64,000 nt of DNA from an uncultured Alphaproteobacteria bacterium (GTDB lineage Bacteria > Pseudomonadota > Alphaproteobacteria > Rs-D84): NCBI GenBank assembly GCA_944389135.1, contig CALXLG010000005.1, forward strand, positions 1,532-65,531. Reading direction: 5' to 3'. Below the pieces are notes generated by a model that was not told the origin of the DNA, ran no database searches, and was given only the letters and a program-made list of their open reading frames with translations. This document shows positions 50,962 through 60,458 of the stretch, one piece after another (the stretch's first letter is position 1; the number at the start of each line of letters is the position of its first letter). The translations under genes and the position numbers were made by a program.

Positions 50962-51228
50962 ATGGACAAGATAATTACTGAATATGAGATAGAATATTTT
51001 GAAAATTTATATCCTGACAGAACAAATACTTGCCCTTATGATAAGAGTTTGTGCCTTAGAAAAGAATTACGCAAACAAAAATGGAAAAAACACATATCTG
51101 ATATAGCAATAAAACAGCAAAATATAATGTTTTTTACTTCTGAAGATATGTTTGATATATGTCCATATCAAAAACCTGAAATGTGCAACAGGTACGTTTA
51201 TTGGAAAAACAATGGTAAAATCAGATAA
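50962..51228 (+). CDS. Small Cys-containing hypothetical protein
   Basis: 88 aa, CPY...C twice; overlaps the rimM start. Confidence 0.65.
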   Translation: MDKIITEYEIEYFENLYPDRTNTCPYDKSLCLRKELRKQKWKKHISDIAIKQQNIMFFTSEDMFDICPYQKPEMCNRYVYWKNNGKIR

Positions 51229-51676
51229 GATTTTAGTTGGTAAAATTGTTGCGCCACAAGGAATTCGTGGTGAGGTACGTGTTCAAACATATACGCAAAC
51301 CCCAACAGATTTAAAAGCTTTAAAGCTATATAGTGATAAATTGGCTGACGGTGCTTTTCATTTTGTACGACAGCTAAACCCGCAATCTACAGTGATAATT
51401 GCAAAAATAGACGGTGTTAATGACCGTAATGCTGCAGAATTATTACGTGGTGTAGAGTTGTTTATTAATCGTAGTGATTTACCTGAATTAAAAGATGGCG
51501 AATATTATCAAGCAGACCTAATAGGTATGCGTGTCATTCGTGGCGGCATAGAGTTGGGTGTGGTTGATAATATACAAAACTATGGTGGGGGAGATATTTT
51601 AGAACTTGATAACGGTGATTTGGTTTCTTTTACCGGTGCAACGGTCGATTTAGACAATAAAGTTATAAACGTATAA
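51212..51676 (+). CDS. rimM: Ribosome maturation factor RimM
   Basis: VGKIVAPQGIRGEV, EYYQADLIG, NYGGGDILE; ATG at 51212. Confidence 0.92.
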   Translation: MVKSDKILVGKIVAPQGIRGEVRVQTYTQTPTDLKALKLYSDKLADGAFHFVRQLNPQSTVIIAKIDGVNDRNAAELLRGVELFINRSDLPELKDGEYYQADLIGMRVIRGGIELGVVDNIQNYGGGDILELDNGDLVSFTGATVDLDNKVINV

Positions 51677-51688
51677 AGAGCTAATAAA

Positions 51689-52045
51689 ATGTCAAAAAAG
51701 TTAAAGCTTACACATGTTACCCCTAAAACATTTGTTTTAGAAACAAAAGACCTCGTTTTTATTCCAAATCAACCAACTATAAAAAAAGCAACAAATGAAA
51801 GATATTGCTGTTGTGTTCATGTTTGTAGTCAATTTTTGGAATATCCAGTAGATAAATGGGGGCGTAGAATAATTCCTAGCAGTGCGATATGTCCACATGT
51901 AAAAACTTTGCAAGGATATCCAATGCACTGTACAGGGGATTTTGTGTATAAAGAATCTAAAGACGGCAAGAAGTTTGTTGATTCAATAAACAATAGAATT
52001 AGGGCTTTATATAAGATTGTTATGTATTCTAAGGAACGTGATTAA
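51689..52045 (+). CDS. Small Cys/His-containing hypothetical protein
   Basis: 118 aa filling the rimM-trmD gap; YCCCVHVC, CPH, HC. Confidence 0.65.
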   Translation: MSKKLKLTHVTPKTFVLETKDLVFIPNQPTIKKATNERYCCCVHVCSQFLEYPVDKWGRRIIPSSAICPHVKTLQGYPMHCTGDFVYKESKDGKKFVDSINNRIRALYKIVMYSKERD

Positions 52046-52047
52046 TC

Positions 52048-52728
52048 ATGCATTTTAATATACTGACCATTTTTCCTGAAATGTTTCCTGGAACCTTATC
52101 TGGTGGGGTCGTTGGGCGCGCTTTGGAAAAAGGAATATGGTCTTTGGATACCATAAATATTCGTGATTTTGCAATAAATAATTATGGCAGTGTTGATGAC
52201 GAACAATTCGGTGGTGGCGTTGGTATGGTTATGCGCCCAGATGTTTTGGGAAATGCTATAGATTCTATTAAAGAACGTGGAAAAATCATATATTTTTCCC
52301 CACGTGGTCCAACACTTAATCAGCATATGGTTCGTGAATTTGCAAGTGATAAAGATGCAACTTATACCCTGCTCTGTGGTCGTTATGAGGGTATAGACCA
52401 AAGAATTATAGATGAATATAATATAATGGAGTTATCTATTGGTGATTACATACTGTCTGGTGGCGAAGTGGCAGCACAGGTTTTTGTTGACAGTGTGGTT
52501 CGTGTGATGGATAATGTACTGGGTGGTGGCAACGAGGCCACTGCTAATGAAAGTTTCGAAATCGGGGGGCTTGAATGGCCGTTATATACCCGCCCGTCGG
52601 CATGGCGTGGACGAAATGTCCCAGAAGTCCTGCTGTCCGGTCATCACGGCAATATAGAAAGATGGCGGAAACAACAATCGGACGAAATAACAAAACAACG
52701 TCGTCCGGACTTAATAAAGGAAAAGTAA
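52048..52728 (+). CDS. trmD: tRNA m1G37 methyltransferase
   Basis: [28 protein letters not shown]. Confidence 0.96.
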   Translation: MHFNILTIFPEMFPGTLSGGVVGRALEKGIWSLDTINIRDFAINNYGSVDDEQFGGGVGMVMRPDVLGNAIDSIKERGKIIYFSPRGPTLNQHMVREFASDKDATYTLLCGRYEGIDQRIIDEYNIMELSIGDYILSGGEVAAQVFVDSVVRVMDNVLGGGNEATANESFEIGGLEWPLYTRPSAWRGRNVPEVLLSGHHGNIERWRKQQSDEITKQRRPDLIKEK

Positions 52729-52729
52729 A

Positions 52730-53122
52730 ATGAGCATTATTAAAAAAATTGAAGCAGCGCAAGTTGCTAAACTGAAAGGCGACAAAAAAATCCCTAACTT
52801 TAAATCTGGTGATACTTTGAAAGTACACGTAAAGATTAAAGATGGTGATAAATTCCGTATTCAGGTTTTTGAAGGCGTCGTAATCGCACGCGATGGCGGC
52901 GAAGGAAATAATGCATCCTTTACAGTACGTCGTGAATCTTATGGGGTTGGCGTTGAACGTAAATTCCCATTGTACAGCCCAGCAATTGAAAAAATTGAAA
53001 AGGTTCGTACAGGTAAAGTTCGTCGTGCTAAATTGTTCTTCTTGCGTGGTTTGTCAGGCAAAAAAGCACGTATTGTTGAAGATTTGTCTGCAAACACAGC
53101 AGAAAAGAAAGCTGATAAATAA
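52730..53122 (+). CDS. rplS: 50S ribosomal protein L19
   Basis: [31 protein letters not shown]. Confidence 0.97.
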   Translation: MSIIKKIEAAQVAKLKGDKKIPNFKSGDTLKVHVKIKDGDKFRIQVFEGVVIARDGGEGNNASFTVRRESYGVGVERKFPLYSPAIEKIEKVRTGKVRRAKLFFLRGLSGKKARIVEDLSANTAEKKADK

Positions 53123-53139
53123 TGAGCTTTATTTATTAA

Positions 53140-53165
53140 TAAAAACCCGCTTGTGCGGGTTTTTT
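53140..53165. terminator. Bidirectional terminator
   Basis: aaaaacccgc-ttgt-gcgggttttt. Confidence 0.82.
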
Positions 53166-53166
53166 G

Positions 53167-53712
53167 TTAAAAATTTATGGTGTACCCCATGCCTATAAAA
53201 TTCTGCCCAGAATTTGATTCTGTTAACGTGCCGTTTGAAAAATGTCTTATGAATATTTCAATCGCGTTTTTTTGTGAAATGTGCAACCCGACGAAAATCT
53301 TTTGACCGAATGTAAATTTAGAACTGATTCTGTCCGTCGTTGCTGATTTTATGTATGCGCCAAGGGACGCGCCTGTATAGAATTTGTCGTTGGCGTATAA
53401 TACGACGTCTTCTGATATACCAAGAATAATATGTTGGTTATATTTACTAAATGCACCTATGCCTTGGGCGGTTAGTACTTCAATGTTTTGCCTGCCGTCC
53501 AAACCGAAAAAAGTGTTCCCTTGGCTATATTGAATTTCAAAAACATATAAGTTTTCCAGTTTGTCGCGCAGGGATACGCCTGGATACAAAGATACTTGGT
53601 GCTTTTTGTCATTAAACAGTGTATTAGTTGTTGCTTTTGATTGAAAGGTTGTAAAAATTAAGACAAATATTGATAAAATTATAATGAGCATTATGTTCCA
53701 TATTTTGTTCAT
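53167..53712 (-). CDS. PagL-like outer-membrane acyloxyacyl hydrolase (lipid A deacylase family)
   Basis: Signal peptide, beta-strand pattern, RHFSNG..N.G.NF motif, terminal Phe. Confidence 0.75.
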   Translation of the reverse strand: MNKIWNIMLIIILSIFVLIFTTFQSKATTNTLFNDKKHQVSLYPGVSLRDKLENLYVFEIQYSQGNTFFGLDGRQNIEVLTAQGIGAFSKYNQHIILGISEDVVLYANDKFYTGASLGAYIKSATTDRISSKFTFGQKIFVGLHISQKNAIEIFIRHFSNGTLTESNSGQNFIGMGYTINF

Positions 53713-53732
53713 ACCGAAACTCCTTACTTGAT

Positions 53733-54263
53733 TTAAAATGTTGTATTAAAATGTACGTTTATTGATTGTGCGTCGGCACTGATGTTTACGTTTGTTCGTT
53801 TGCTTACAAATATCCATGTCATAGCGCTGCTGATTGCGGCGCCGGCAAGTACGTCGTGCAGGTGGTGTTTGTTTGCGTAAATTCTTGAAAAGCCCGTAAA
53901 TGACGCTAATAAGTAAGGTACGATGGCTTGCTTTAATCCGTATCTTTTATGTATAAACGTTGCACCTGAAAACGCGGCGGCGGTATGTCCGCTGGGGAAA
54001 GAGTTATCATCGCTTTTATCGGGGCGTTCTTCTTTTATTAACGTTTTTAATCCCAATACAGTAGTTTCCATTGCCAGAAAAGATACGGAAAATTCCATCG
54101 CGCCACACCAGTCTGTTTCGTTCATTGCCATGCCGAAAGCGTATGCGGGAACTATGACCTGCATATAGTCGCCGATTTCTTCTATGCCGGGGCCGGCATA
54201 GGTCGGAATACAATGCTGTGAAACGACAAACAAGACGGCTGTCGCTTTATAAAAGTTTTTCAT
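53733..54263 (-). CDS. PAP2 phosphatase, LpxE-like
   Basis: K...RP, SFPSGH, SRIYANKHHLHD; true ATG at 54263 with SD aagga. Confidence 0.85.
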   Translation of the reverse strand: MKNFYKATAVLFVVSQHCIPTYAGPGIEEIGDYMQVIVPAYAFGMAMNETDWCGAMEFSVSFLAMETTVLGLKTLIKEERPDKSDDNSFPSGHTAAAFSGATFIHKRYGLKQAIVPYLLASFTGFSRIYANKHHLHDVLAGAAISSAMTWIFVSKRTNVNISADAQSINVHFNTTF

Positions 54264-54462
54264 TGTAATATCCTTTTGATTAAAAAAACACCCACTGAAA
54301 GTAGGTGTCGGGAAGTTAATCAGTCTGATATTACAAAGACCTCGTCGCTTTCCCTGTTCGGTATTGTATGGCAAACGACTTCCCGACTTTTATATATCGG
54401 GACCGAAAGTGTCAATAATGCATTTCTGCATCAGTAATATCAGGGTGATTAAGCCCCTTTAT
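54264..54462 (-). promoter_or_regulatory. Riboswitch-like leader with terminator and RBS-sequestering hairpin (possibly chrB-a/b-like orphan motif)
   Basis: GGGGCTTAATCACCCT...TTCGGTCCCG..CGGGAAGTCGTTT followed by mutually exclusive pairings and a 9-bp terminator with U-tract. Confidence 0.7.
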
Positions 54463-54616
54463 CTACTAACAGTATGCTGACCCTATTTTTATATAGGGAT
54501 AATATTAATATAAACTTTTTATCGGTTTAGTCAATTTTATTGTGTAATCTTTTTTTTTACATTGTGTGACATTTAACAATTTGACATTGCTTGGTGGCGA
54601 GGATAATATATGTTGT

Positions 54617-54976
54617 ATGAATAAAGTACTTGCATTATTTATGACGATTTTATCAGGTGCATTAATTTGGCAGGCAAATGCCTTGGCTTACATTGATAAA
54701 AACGTTGCGGTTGTTCGTATCCTTAATAAAGCCGCAGGTAAAACGCAAATGGTTAATTTGCCTGTCGGACAAAAAACTGCATTTGAAAAATTAGATATCA
54801 TTGTTCGTTCTTGTAAACAAAATGATCCGTTTGATGCAGAAAATTTTTTCGCGTTTGTTGAAATAGAAAAAAATACAGAAGGTAAAATTTTTAGCGGTTG
54901 GATGAACGCTAACGAGCCCGGTAATAACCCACTGCAGAATGCAGATTATGACGTTTGGTTGGTTAAATGTGAATGA
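54617..54976 (+). CDS. DUF2155-family exported protein
   Basis: RILNKAAG, VRSC, IFSGWM, YDVWLVKC. Confidence 0.8.
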   Translation: MNKVLALFMTILSGALIWQANALAYIDKNVAVVRILNKAAGKTQMVNLPVGQKTAFEKLDIIVRSCKQNDPFDAENFFAFVEIEKNTEGKIFSGWMNANEPGNNPLQNADYDVWLVKCE

Positions 54977-54995
54977 TTTTATGTAGGAGAAAATT

Positions 54996-55301
54996 ATGAA
55001 TTTTATAAAAAAATATTTAAAGATTTTTATCGGCGCAGCGGTTTTGGTTCTTGCAGTAGGGGTTTTCTTTTTTGCACAACAATCTGGTGATTTAGAAGGG
55101 GCATCATTAAAAAAATGGCGCAATGCTGATTTAGCTAGACGCTCTGCCGCAGTTCAAATATTAGTGGCTTCAGATGAGTATACCGAATTGTTAGTACAAT
55201 GTGTTGATAAAATTGCTTCATTGCCAGATTCTGGTGAAATGGCTGTTAAAGACGCTGTTTCTTTGTGCTATACTGGTATTCAACTGAAAGAAAATAATTA
55301 A
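54996..55301 (+). CDS. Small membrane-anchored hypothetical protein
   Basis: N-terminal TM helix, two Cys, SD aggag. Confidence 0.75.
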   Translation: MNFIKKYLKIFIGAAVLVLAVGVFFFAQQSGDLEGASLKKWRNADLARRSAAVQILVASDEYTELLVQCVDKIASLPDSGEMAVKDAVSLCYTGIQLKENN

Positions 55302-55978
55302 TGAAGTATATTTTCTTTTTAATGTTTTTAACCGCTTGTTCAACAAATTATATTGGTGGTGAATATGTGGGGCAAAAGTATGTCCCTGACCCGTTAGGTG
55401 AAGAAAAAGCACCCGATGTTGACCCGTTGATACGTTTTGATGCTTTTGATTGTATGACTTTTGTAGAAACTTCGCTGGCAAATGGTGATTTAGATAATCT
55501 GATAAGTATTAGATATAAAAATGGGCAAGTTAATTTCTTAAATAGAAACCACTTTGTTGAAACAGATTGGTTAAAAAACAATGCGAATCTGCTAGAAAAT
55601 GTAAGTCATCAATACGGAAAAACTTCATTTCGTACAGTTGTCATTGATAAAAAGAATTGGTTCAAGAAAGTACATAATACAGAAACTGGCTTTTTGCCCG
55701 AAAAAGTAGCTTTAGAATATATACCATACGAAAATTTAACAGATATAAAAAATGAAGAGCCTTTGATAGTTTTATTTATTACTGGAAATTCTGGAAAAAG
55801 TGATAAAATAGGTACAGATTTAGCGGTCGTTCATATGGGCTTTTTGCTGCCTAATGGAATATTAAGACACGCTTCGTCTGAAAAAGGAAAAGTAATAGAT
55901 GTAGATTTTAAGAAATATGCATCAAGACGCGCGAAGAATAAGAATAATTTAGGTATAGCTTTGGTGAAGATAAAATGA
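55301..55978 (+). CDS. DUF1460 (NlpC/P60-like amidase) lipoprotein
   Basis: LTAC lipobox; FDCMTFVE, RNHF, HMGF, HASS. Confidence 0.8.
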   Translation: MKYIFFLMFLTACSTNYIGGEYVGQKYVPDPLGEEKAPDVDPLIRFDAFDCMTFVETSLANGDLDNLISIRYKNGQVNFLNRNHFVETDWLKNNANLLENVSHQYGKTSFRTVVIDKKNWFKKVHNTETGFLPEKVALEYIPYENLTDIKNEEPLIVLFITGNSGKSDKIGTDLAVVHMGFLLPNGILRHASSEKGKVIDVDFKKYASRRAKNKNNLGIALVKIK

Positions 55979-57102
55979 GTGAAGAAAAATTAATTCGTTT
56001 AGATATGGGTAAGCTTGATGGCGATACGCATAAAACGTCAGACAAACCGATTTTATGCTTAGGCATAGAGTCTTCTTGTGATGAAACAAGTGCAGCTATT
56101 GTAGATTCTGATAGAAATATTTTATCGCATATAATTTATTCTCAAATTCCAGAACATCAGAAATATGGCGGTGTTGTGCCAGAGTTAGCGGCTCGTGCGC
56201 ATATTCTTGCAATAGATGAAGTAATCAAACAAACGCTAGAAAAAGCTGGTAAAACAATTAATGACATAGATGTTATTGCAGCAACTGCGGGACCTGGTTT
56301 AATAGGGGGCGTGTTGGTTGGTTGGTTGGCAGCAACGGGGCTTGCACAGTCTACAAATAAACCGTTAGTTGCAGTTAATCACTTAGAAGGTCATGCGTTG
56401 GTTCCAAGATTACACGCATCGATTGCAAACGGTGAAGACGGCGTAAATTCTGTAGAATTTCCGTACTTACTAATGTTGGCGTCCGGCGGGCATTGTCAAA
56501 TATTATTAGTTCGTGGTGTTGGACAATATGAATTAATTGGCCAGACACTGGATGATAGTGCTGGTGAAGCTTTTGATAAAATAGCTAAAATGTTAGGTCT
56601 GGGTTATCCTGGTGGACCAGTTGTAGACAAGCGTGCTAGCTTGGGCAACCCAAAAGCTTTTAATTTCCCACGACCATTGTGCGACAAACCGGGGTGTGAT
56701 TTCTCATTTAGTGGTATAAAAACGGCGGCGCGTACGTTCTTAGAAAAAGCGTCCGCACCCTATTCTGATGAATTTATAAACGATTTTTGTGCGTCTTTCC
56801 AAGCCGCTGTCGTAGATTGTATAGTGAACAGATTAAACAATGCAATGCATGATGAACGGGTTATAAGCGCAGCACCAAAAACTTTAGTCGTTGCGGGCGG
56901 TGTTGCGAAAAACAGCGCTATACGCGCATCAATGGAAAAATTGGCTGCAGAAAAAAATATGCAATTTGCAGCACCACCAATGAATTTGTGTACAGACAAT
57001 GGCGCAATGATTGCATGGGCAGGTCTAGAAAATTATAGGCTGGGCAAAATTGTAAAAGAACCTGTTGCCCCACGCCCACGTTGGCCTTTGACAGAATTAT
57101 AA
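55975..57102 (+). CDS. tsaD: t6A synthesis protein TsaD
   Basis: GIESSCDET, GGVVPELAAR, NHLEGH, TDNGAMIA. Confidence 0.96.
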   Translation: MSEEKLIRLDMGKLDGDTHKTSDKPILCLGIESSCDETSAAIVDSDRNILSHIIYSQIPEHQKYGGVVPELAARAHILAIDEVIKQTLEKAGKTINDIDVIAATAGPGLIGGVLVGWLAATGLAQSTNKPLVAVNHLEGHALVPRLHASIANGEDGVNSVEFPYLLMLASGGHCQILLVRGVGQYELIGQTLDDSAGEAFDKIAKMLGLGYPGGPVVDKRASLGNPKAFNFPRPLCDKPGCDFSFSGIKTAARTFLEKASAPYSDEFINDFCASFQAAVVDCIVNRLNNAMHDERVISAAPKTLVVAGGVAKNSAIRASMEKLAAEKNMQFAAPPMNLCTDNGAMIAWAGLENYRLGKIVKEPVAPRPRWPLTEL

Positions 57103-57105
57103 TTG

Positions 57106-58107
57106 CTATTTAACTTTGGACATGGCGTTGTTTTTCAGCGCCGTGTTTGCTTTTAAATTACCTTCTAAAATTACTTTTTGTTTGGCTTTTTCAAATTTTT
57201 TTGACCCTTCAATTTTTTCAAGATAATTTTTTATTTTTGTTATGTCGTTTCTTATTAATGTTATACGAATTTGCGGAACCAATTTCGGATTTTTCAAAAA
57301 TTCTATCGCAGACGATTTAAAGTTATATAATGCTGTTCGCATATCTTTTACATTTTGTGAAGATTTTATATTAACATTTTGCTTTTTGGGCAGTTTTTCG
57401 TATTCTTTTATTAGTCTGTCTATGTCCAGCCAACCAAGTCTGGCTAAATCTACATTAAACATATAATCTGCATTTTGATATTTTGAATCTGCAAAATCTA
57501 TTACAGATAAAGTTTTTGTTTCTTTATTAAAGAAAATATTATTTTCATTCATATCGCCATGAGAAAACACAACGCTTGCATCATTGTCTGACGTAACATC
57601 AAACCAGTCTTTCGCTTGGCGAACAATCGTTAGTTCTTCTGAAGGGATGTGTTCTTGTAGCTTTAATAAAACTTCACCAAGAGTCATATCTTTTTCGCCC
57701 GATACCGCATCAAAAAAATCTTTTTGTTTAAGTACGGGTCTTGATTGGTTTATATCATTTAAGAAATTTGCAAAACTCTTATAAATAATATCAAGCTCTT
57801 TCGGTTCCAAGGATTCTACGAATGAAGTTTTTAGCGGTGTGCCGACAACACGTTCTTCTTCAACAATAAAATCTTCGTCATATATTTTTAAAGTGCGTGG
57901 TATTTTATATGTTGAATTATTGAATTTTAATACCCCGTCAGAAACGGATTTAGCAATCTTTTGTTTACCTAACCATGTTTGTAATCTTTGTTTGTTATTG
58001 TTTGAAACAGGGGCTTTTATCACTTTTTTGCCATCTTTGGATAAATAGACTAATGTTTCTCTGGGTGCATTAGTATTTATTAGTTGCAAATTTGTAAGGT
58101 TTTGCAT
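57106..58107 (-). CDS. APH/choline-kinase-like phosphotransferase
   Basis: VIK, SHGDMNENNIF (Brenner motif), VIDFAD. Confidence 0.8.
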   Translation of the reverse strand: MQNLTNLQLINTNAPRETLVYLSKDGKKVIKAPVSNNNKQRLQTWLGKQKIAKSVSDGVLKFNNSTYKIPRTLKIYDEDFIVEEERVVGTPLKTSFVESLEPKELDIIYKSFANFLNDINQSRPVLKQKDFFDAVSGEKDMTLGEVLLKLQEHIPSEELTIVRQAKDWFDVTSDNDASVVFSHGDMNENNIFFNKETKTLSVIDFADSKYQNADYMFNVDLARLGWLDIDRLIKEYEKLPKKQNVNIKSSQNVKDMRTALYNFKSSAIEFLKNPKLVPQIRITLIRNDITKIKNYLEKIEGSKKFEKAKQKVILEGNLKANTALKNNAMSKVK

Positions 58108-58154
58108 AATATAAACTCCATAATAAAATATCAGAATAATTATATCATAAAACC

Positions 58155-59390
58155 ATGCAAAAACCAGAGCCTTTTGTCCAGCCAGATATGATTTTTAGCG
58201 TTTCTGACGCATCTGCATTATTAAAAAATGTTGTAGAAACTGCATTTCCACGAATAAAAATTCGTGGCGAACTATCGCAAATTACACGTGCCACGTCTGG
58301 GCATATGTATATGACAATAAAAGATTCTGGTGCAGCAATTTCTGTAATTATATGGCGTGGAACACCTGTACCCTTTAAGCTAGAAGATGGTTTAGAAGTT
58401 ATTATTACAGGTCGATTTACAACGTACCCTGCCCGCAGCAACTACCAGATTATCGTCAGTGAAATAGAAATGGCGGGTGTTGGCGCAATATTAAAAATGC
58501 TGGAAGAAAGAAAGCAAAAGCTTGCAGCAGAGGGTTTGTTTGAAGCGTCAAGAAAAAAACCTTTACCCAGATTTCCACAAAGAATAGGTATTGTAACCAG
58601 TCCAACAGGTGCAGCTTTTCAAGATATACAAAACAGATTACGTGAAAGATTCCCTGTTCAAATTGTTCTATACCCTGCAACGGTACAAGGCGCGACTGCC
58701 GCGGCAGAAGTTGCAGCAGGCATTGAATATTTTAATCGCGCAGGTAATGTCGATGTAATTATTGTTGCGCGTGGTGGCGGTGCATTAGAAGATTTATTGC
58801 CTTTTTCTGAAGAAATTGTGGTTCGTGCTGCCGCAGCCAGTAAGATACCTTTGATATCTGGTGTCGGTCATGAACCAGATTGGATGTTGATTGATTTTGC
58901 CGCCGATGTACGCGCACCAACCCCAACAGGTGCGGCAGAAATGGTTGTGCCGACAAAGCTGTCGTTATTTCAAGAATTAGATAATTTGTGGCATAGATTG
59001 TCAAACAGCTTTACAACAAGATTAACTAATGCAAAAAGCCGAGTAGAAGCAATATCTATTAAAAGTCCAAAACAAATGGTAATGGAACAAGGTCAACGAA
59101 TTGATGACGTGTCACGAACATTATCTGTAATAATGTCCAATAAAATATTATCAGTAAAGCAAAAGATGACCGCAGTTGGCAACATTGAAAATATATTACA
59201 AACAAAATTAGATTCATTAACGCAATCTGTAAATCATTCTGAACAAATGTTAAACTCTTTAAGCTATAAAAACGTTCTACAACGTGGGTATGCAATTGTC
59301 CGGGATGCCGAAGGCGATATTATTAGTCGTGCTTCGGACAATAAAAAGCCCGCTAGTATAGAATTTGCAGACGGGGTGCGTGAAATATAA
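58155..59390 (+). CDS. xseA: Exodeoxyribonuclease VII large subunit
   Basis: SGHMY, VTSPTGAA, ARGGG, GVGHE, RAPTPTGAAE. Confidence 0.95.
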   Translation: MQKPEPFVQPDMIFSVSDASALLKNVVETAFPRIKIRGELSQITRATSGHMYMTIKDSGAAISVIIWRGTPVPFKLEDGLEVIITGRFTTYPARSNYQIIVSEIEMAGVGAILKMLEERKQKLAAEGLFEASRKKPLPRFPQRIGIVTSPTGAAFQDIQNRLRERFPVQIVLYPATVQGATAAAEVAAGIEYFNRAGNVDVIIVARGGGALEDLLPFSEEIVVRAAAASKIPLISGVGHEPDWMLIDFAADVRAPTPTGAAEMVVPTKLSLFQELDNLWHRLSNSFTTRLTNAKSRVEAISIKSPKQMVMEQGQRIDDVSRTLSVIMSNKILSVKQKMTAVGNIENILQTKLDSLTQSVNHSEQMLNSLSYKNVLQRGYAIVRDAEGDIISRASDNKKPASIEFADGVREI

Positions 59391-59445
59391 TAGTCTTGTA
59401 AAAAAAGTTTGTATAGATTATAGTAATACCTAAAGGAAAGGCGAA

Positions 59446-60234
59446 ATGAAGTCGGTATTAGTATTTGTATTATTATGTTTTTTTACAATTAATTATGCAG
59501 AAGGTGCTTGTGTAGATGGATTGTGTCAAACAGGAAAAGTTGAATGTAAAGCCTTTGACGAAGCGGGTTCATACGCTAAGGTCATTAATAATTGTAACAT
59601 TTCTGGCGTAAATATAAAGCCCAATGATATAATTTGTGGCTGTGGCGAAGTTAAGACAGGTGAAGCACTAAGACTCTGGGGGGGGACGGTTTGTTCCTCC
59701 TTCCTCCCTTGTACATATGCTCGTGTTTGTGCAAAGGGCTATTATGGTTATCCGTATAATAGTGGTTGTTATCGGTGCTCTGACGGCGGAACGACAAATG
59801 GCGCTGGCGCAACAGAAGTATATAATTGTTATAAGATAATAGAAAAAGATACACCCGATGGACATGGAAGACGACAAGAAAAGTGTTATTTTCAAATAGG
59901 CTACCAAGCTGGTTATACAAATTGTGTAGAGGAAGATGAATACCCCAAAGTAATTAGTTGCAAGGCCGGATATTATTCTACAAACGGTCAATGTCAAGAA
60001 GTCGGATATAAATATTATAGTCCAGAGGGAGATTTAACAGCGACCCTATGTCCATCTTATAAAAAGGGAAGTTTAACAGTAAGTGGAACGACAGCCACAA
60101 CCACTTCTGCATCTATAACAGATTGTATGGTTCCTGCGTATATTGATAATGACCCTGCTAAAGGAAAGGAAACATTTACAGATTACAAAGGTACGTATTA
60201 TTTCCCAAATAACTGCTGGCATCCAGACAACTAA
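59446..60234 (+). CDS. Secreted Cys-rich protein
   Basis: Signal peptide; CAKGYYG, CKAGYY, YYSP...C, SITDC. Confidence 0.85.
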   Translation: MKSVLVFVLLCFFTINYAEGACVDGLCQTGKVECKAFDEAGSYAKVINNCNISGVNIKPNDIICGCGEVKTGEALRLWGGTVCSSFLPCTYARVCAKGYYGYPYNSGCYRCSDGGTTNGAGATEVYNCYKIIEKDTPDGHGRRQEKCYFQIGYQAGYTNCVEEDEYPKVISCKAGYYSTNGQCQEVGYKYYSPEGDLTATLCPSYKKGSLTVSGTTATTTSASITDCMVPAYIDNDPAKGKETFTDYKGTYYFPNNCWHPDN

Positions 60235-60458
60235 AAAGTGTCTTTTGAATTATTAAAAACTCGTATTTTATTTATGGGTATTCTATTTGTTTTTTGTCTG
60301 GGGCTTTGATAACATAAATTTTGCATCCAGACCTAAAAACATATAACGATTGTGTTTATTAAAGATATAAATTATACTTATAAATGAATCCAAAGGGATA
60401 TTGGGTTCGGGGTCGTTATGTCTGATTAGTGGTTTATTTTTAACAAAACGGGGAAAAT

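Noticed and set aside
54264-54374. 37-aa N-terminal extension of the PAP2 ORF in the ORF track
   Set aside because: It runs through the terminator and leader RNA; the SD-preceded ATG at 54263 gives a normal N-terminus.
54330-54470. M-box (ykoK) or yybP-ykoY riboswitch assignment
   Set aside because: Only short chance-level matches (UGCCAUACA, AAAGGGG); the core GUUAGGUGAGGCUCC and GGGGAGUAGC motifs are absent.
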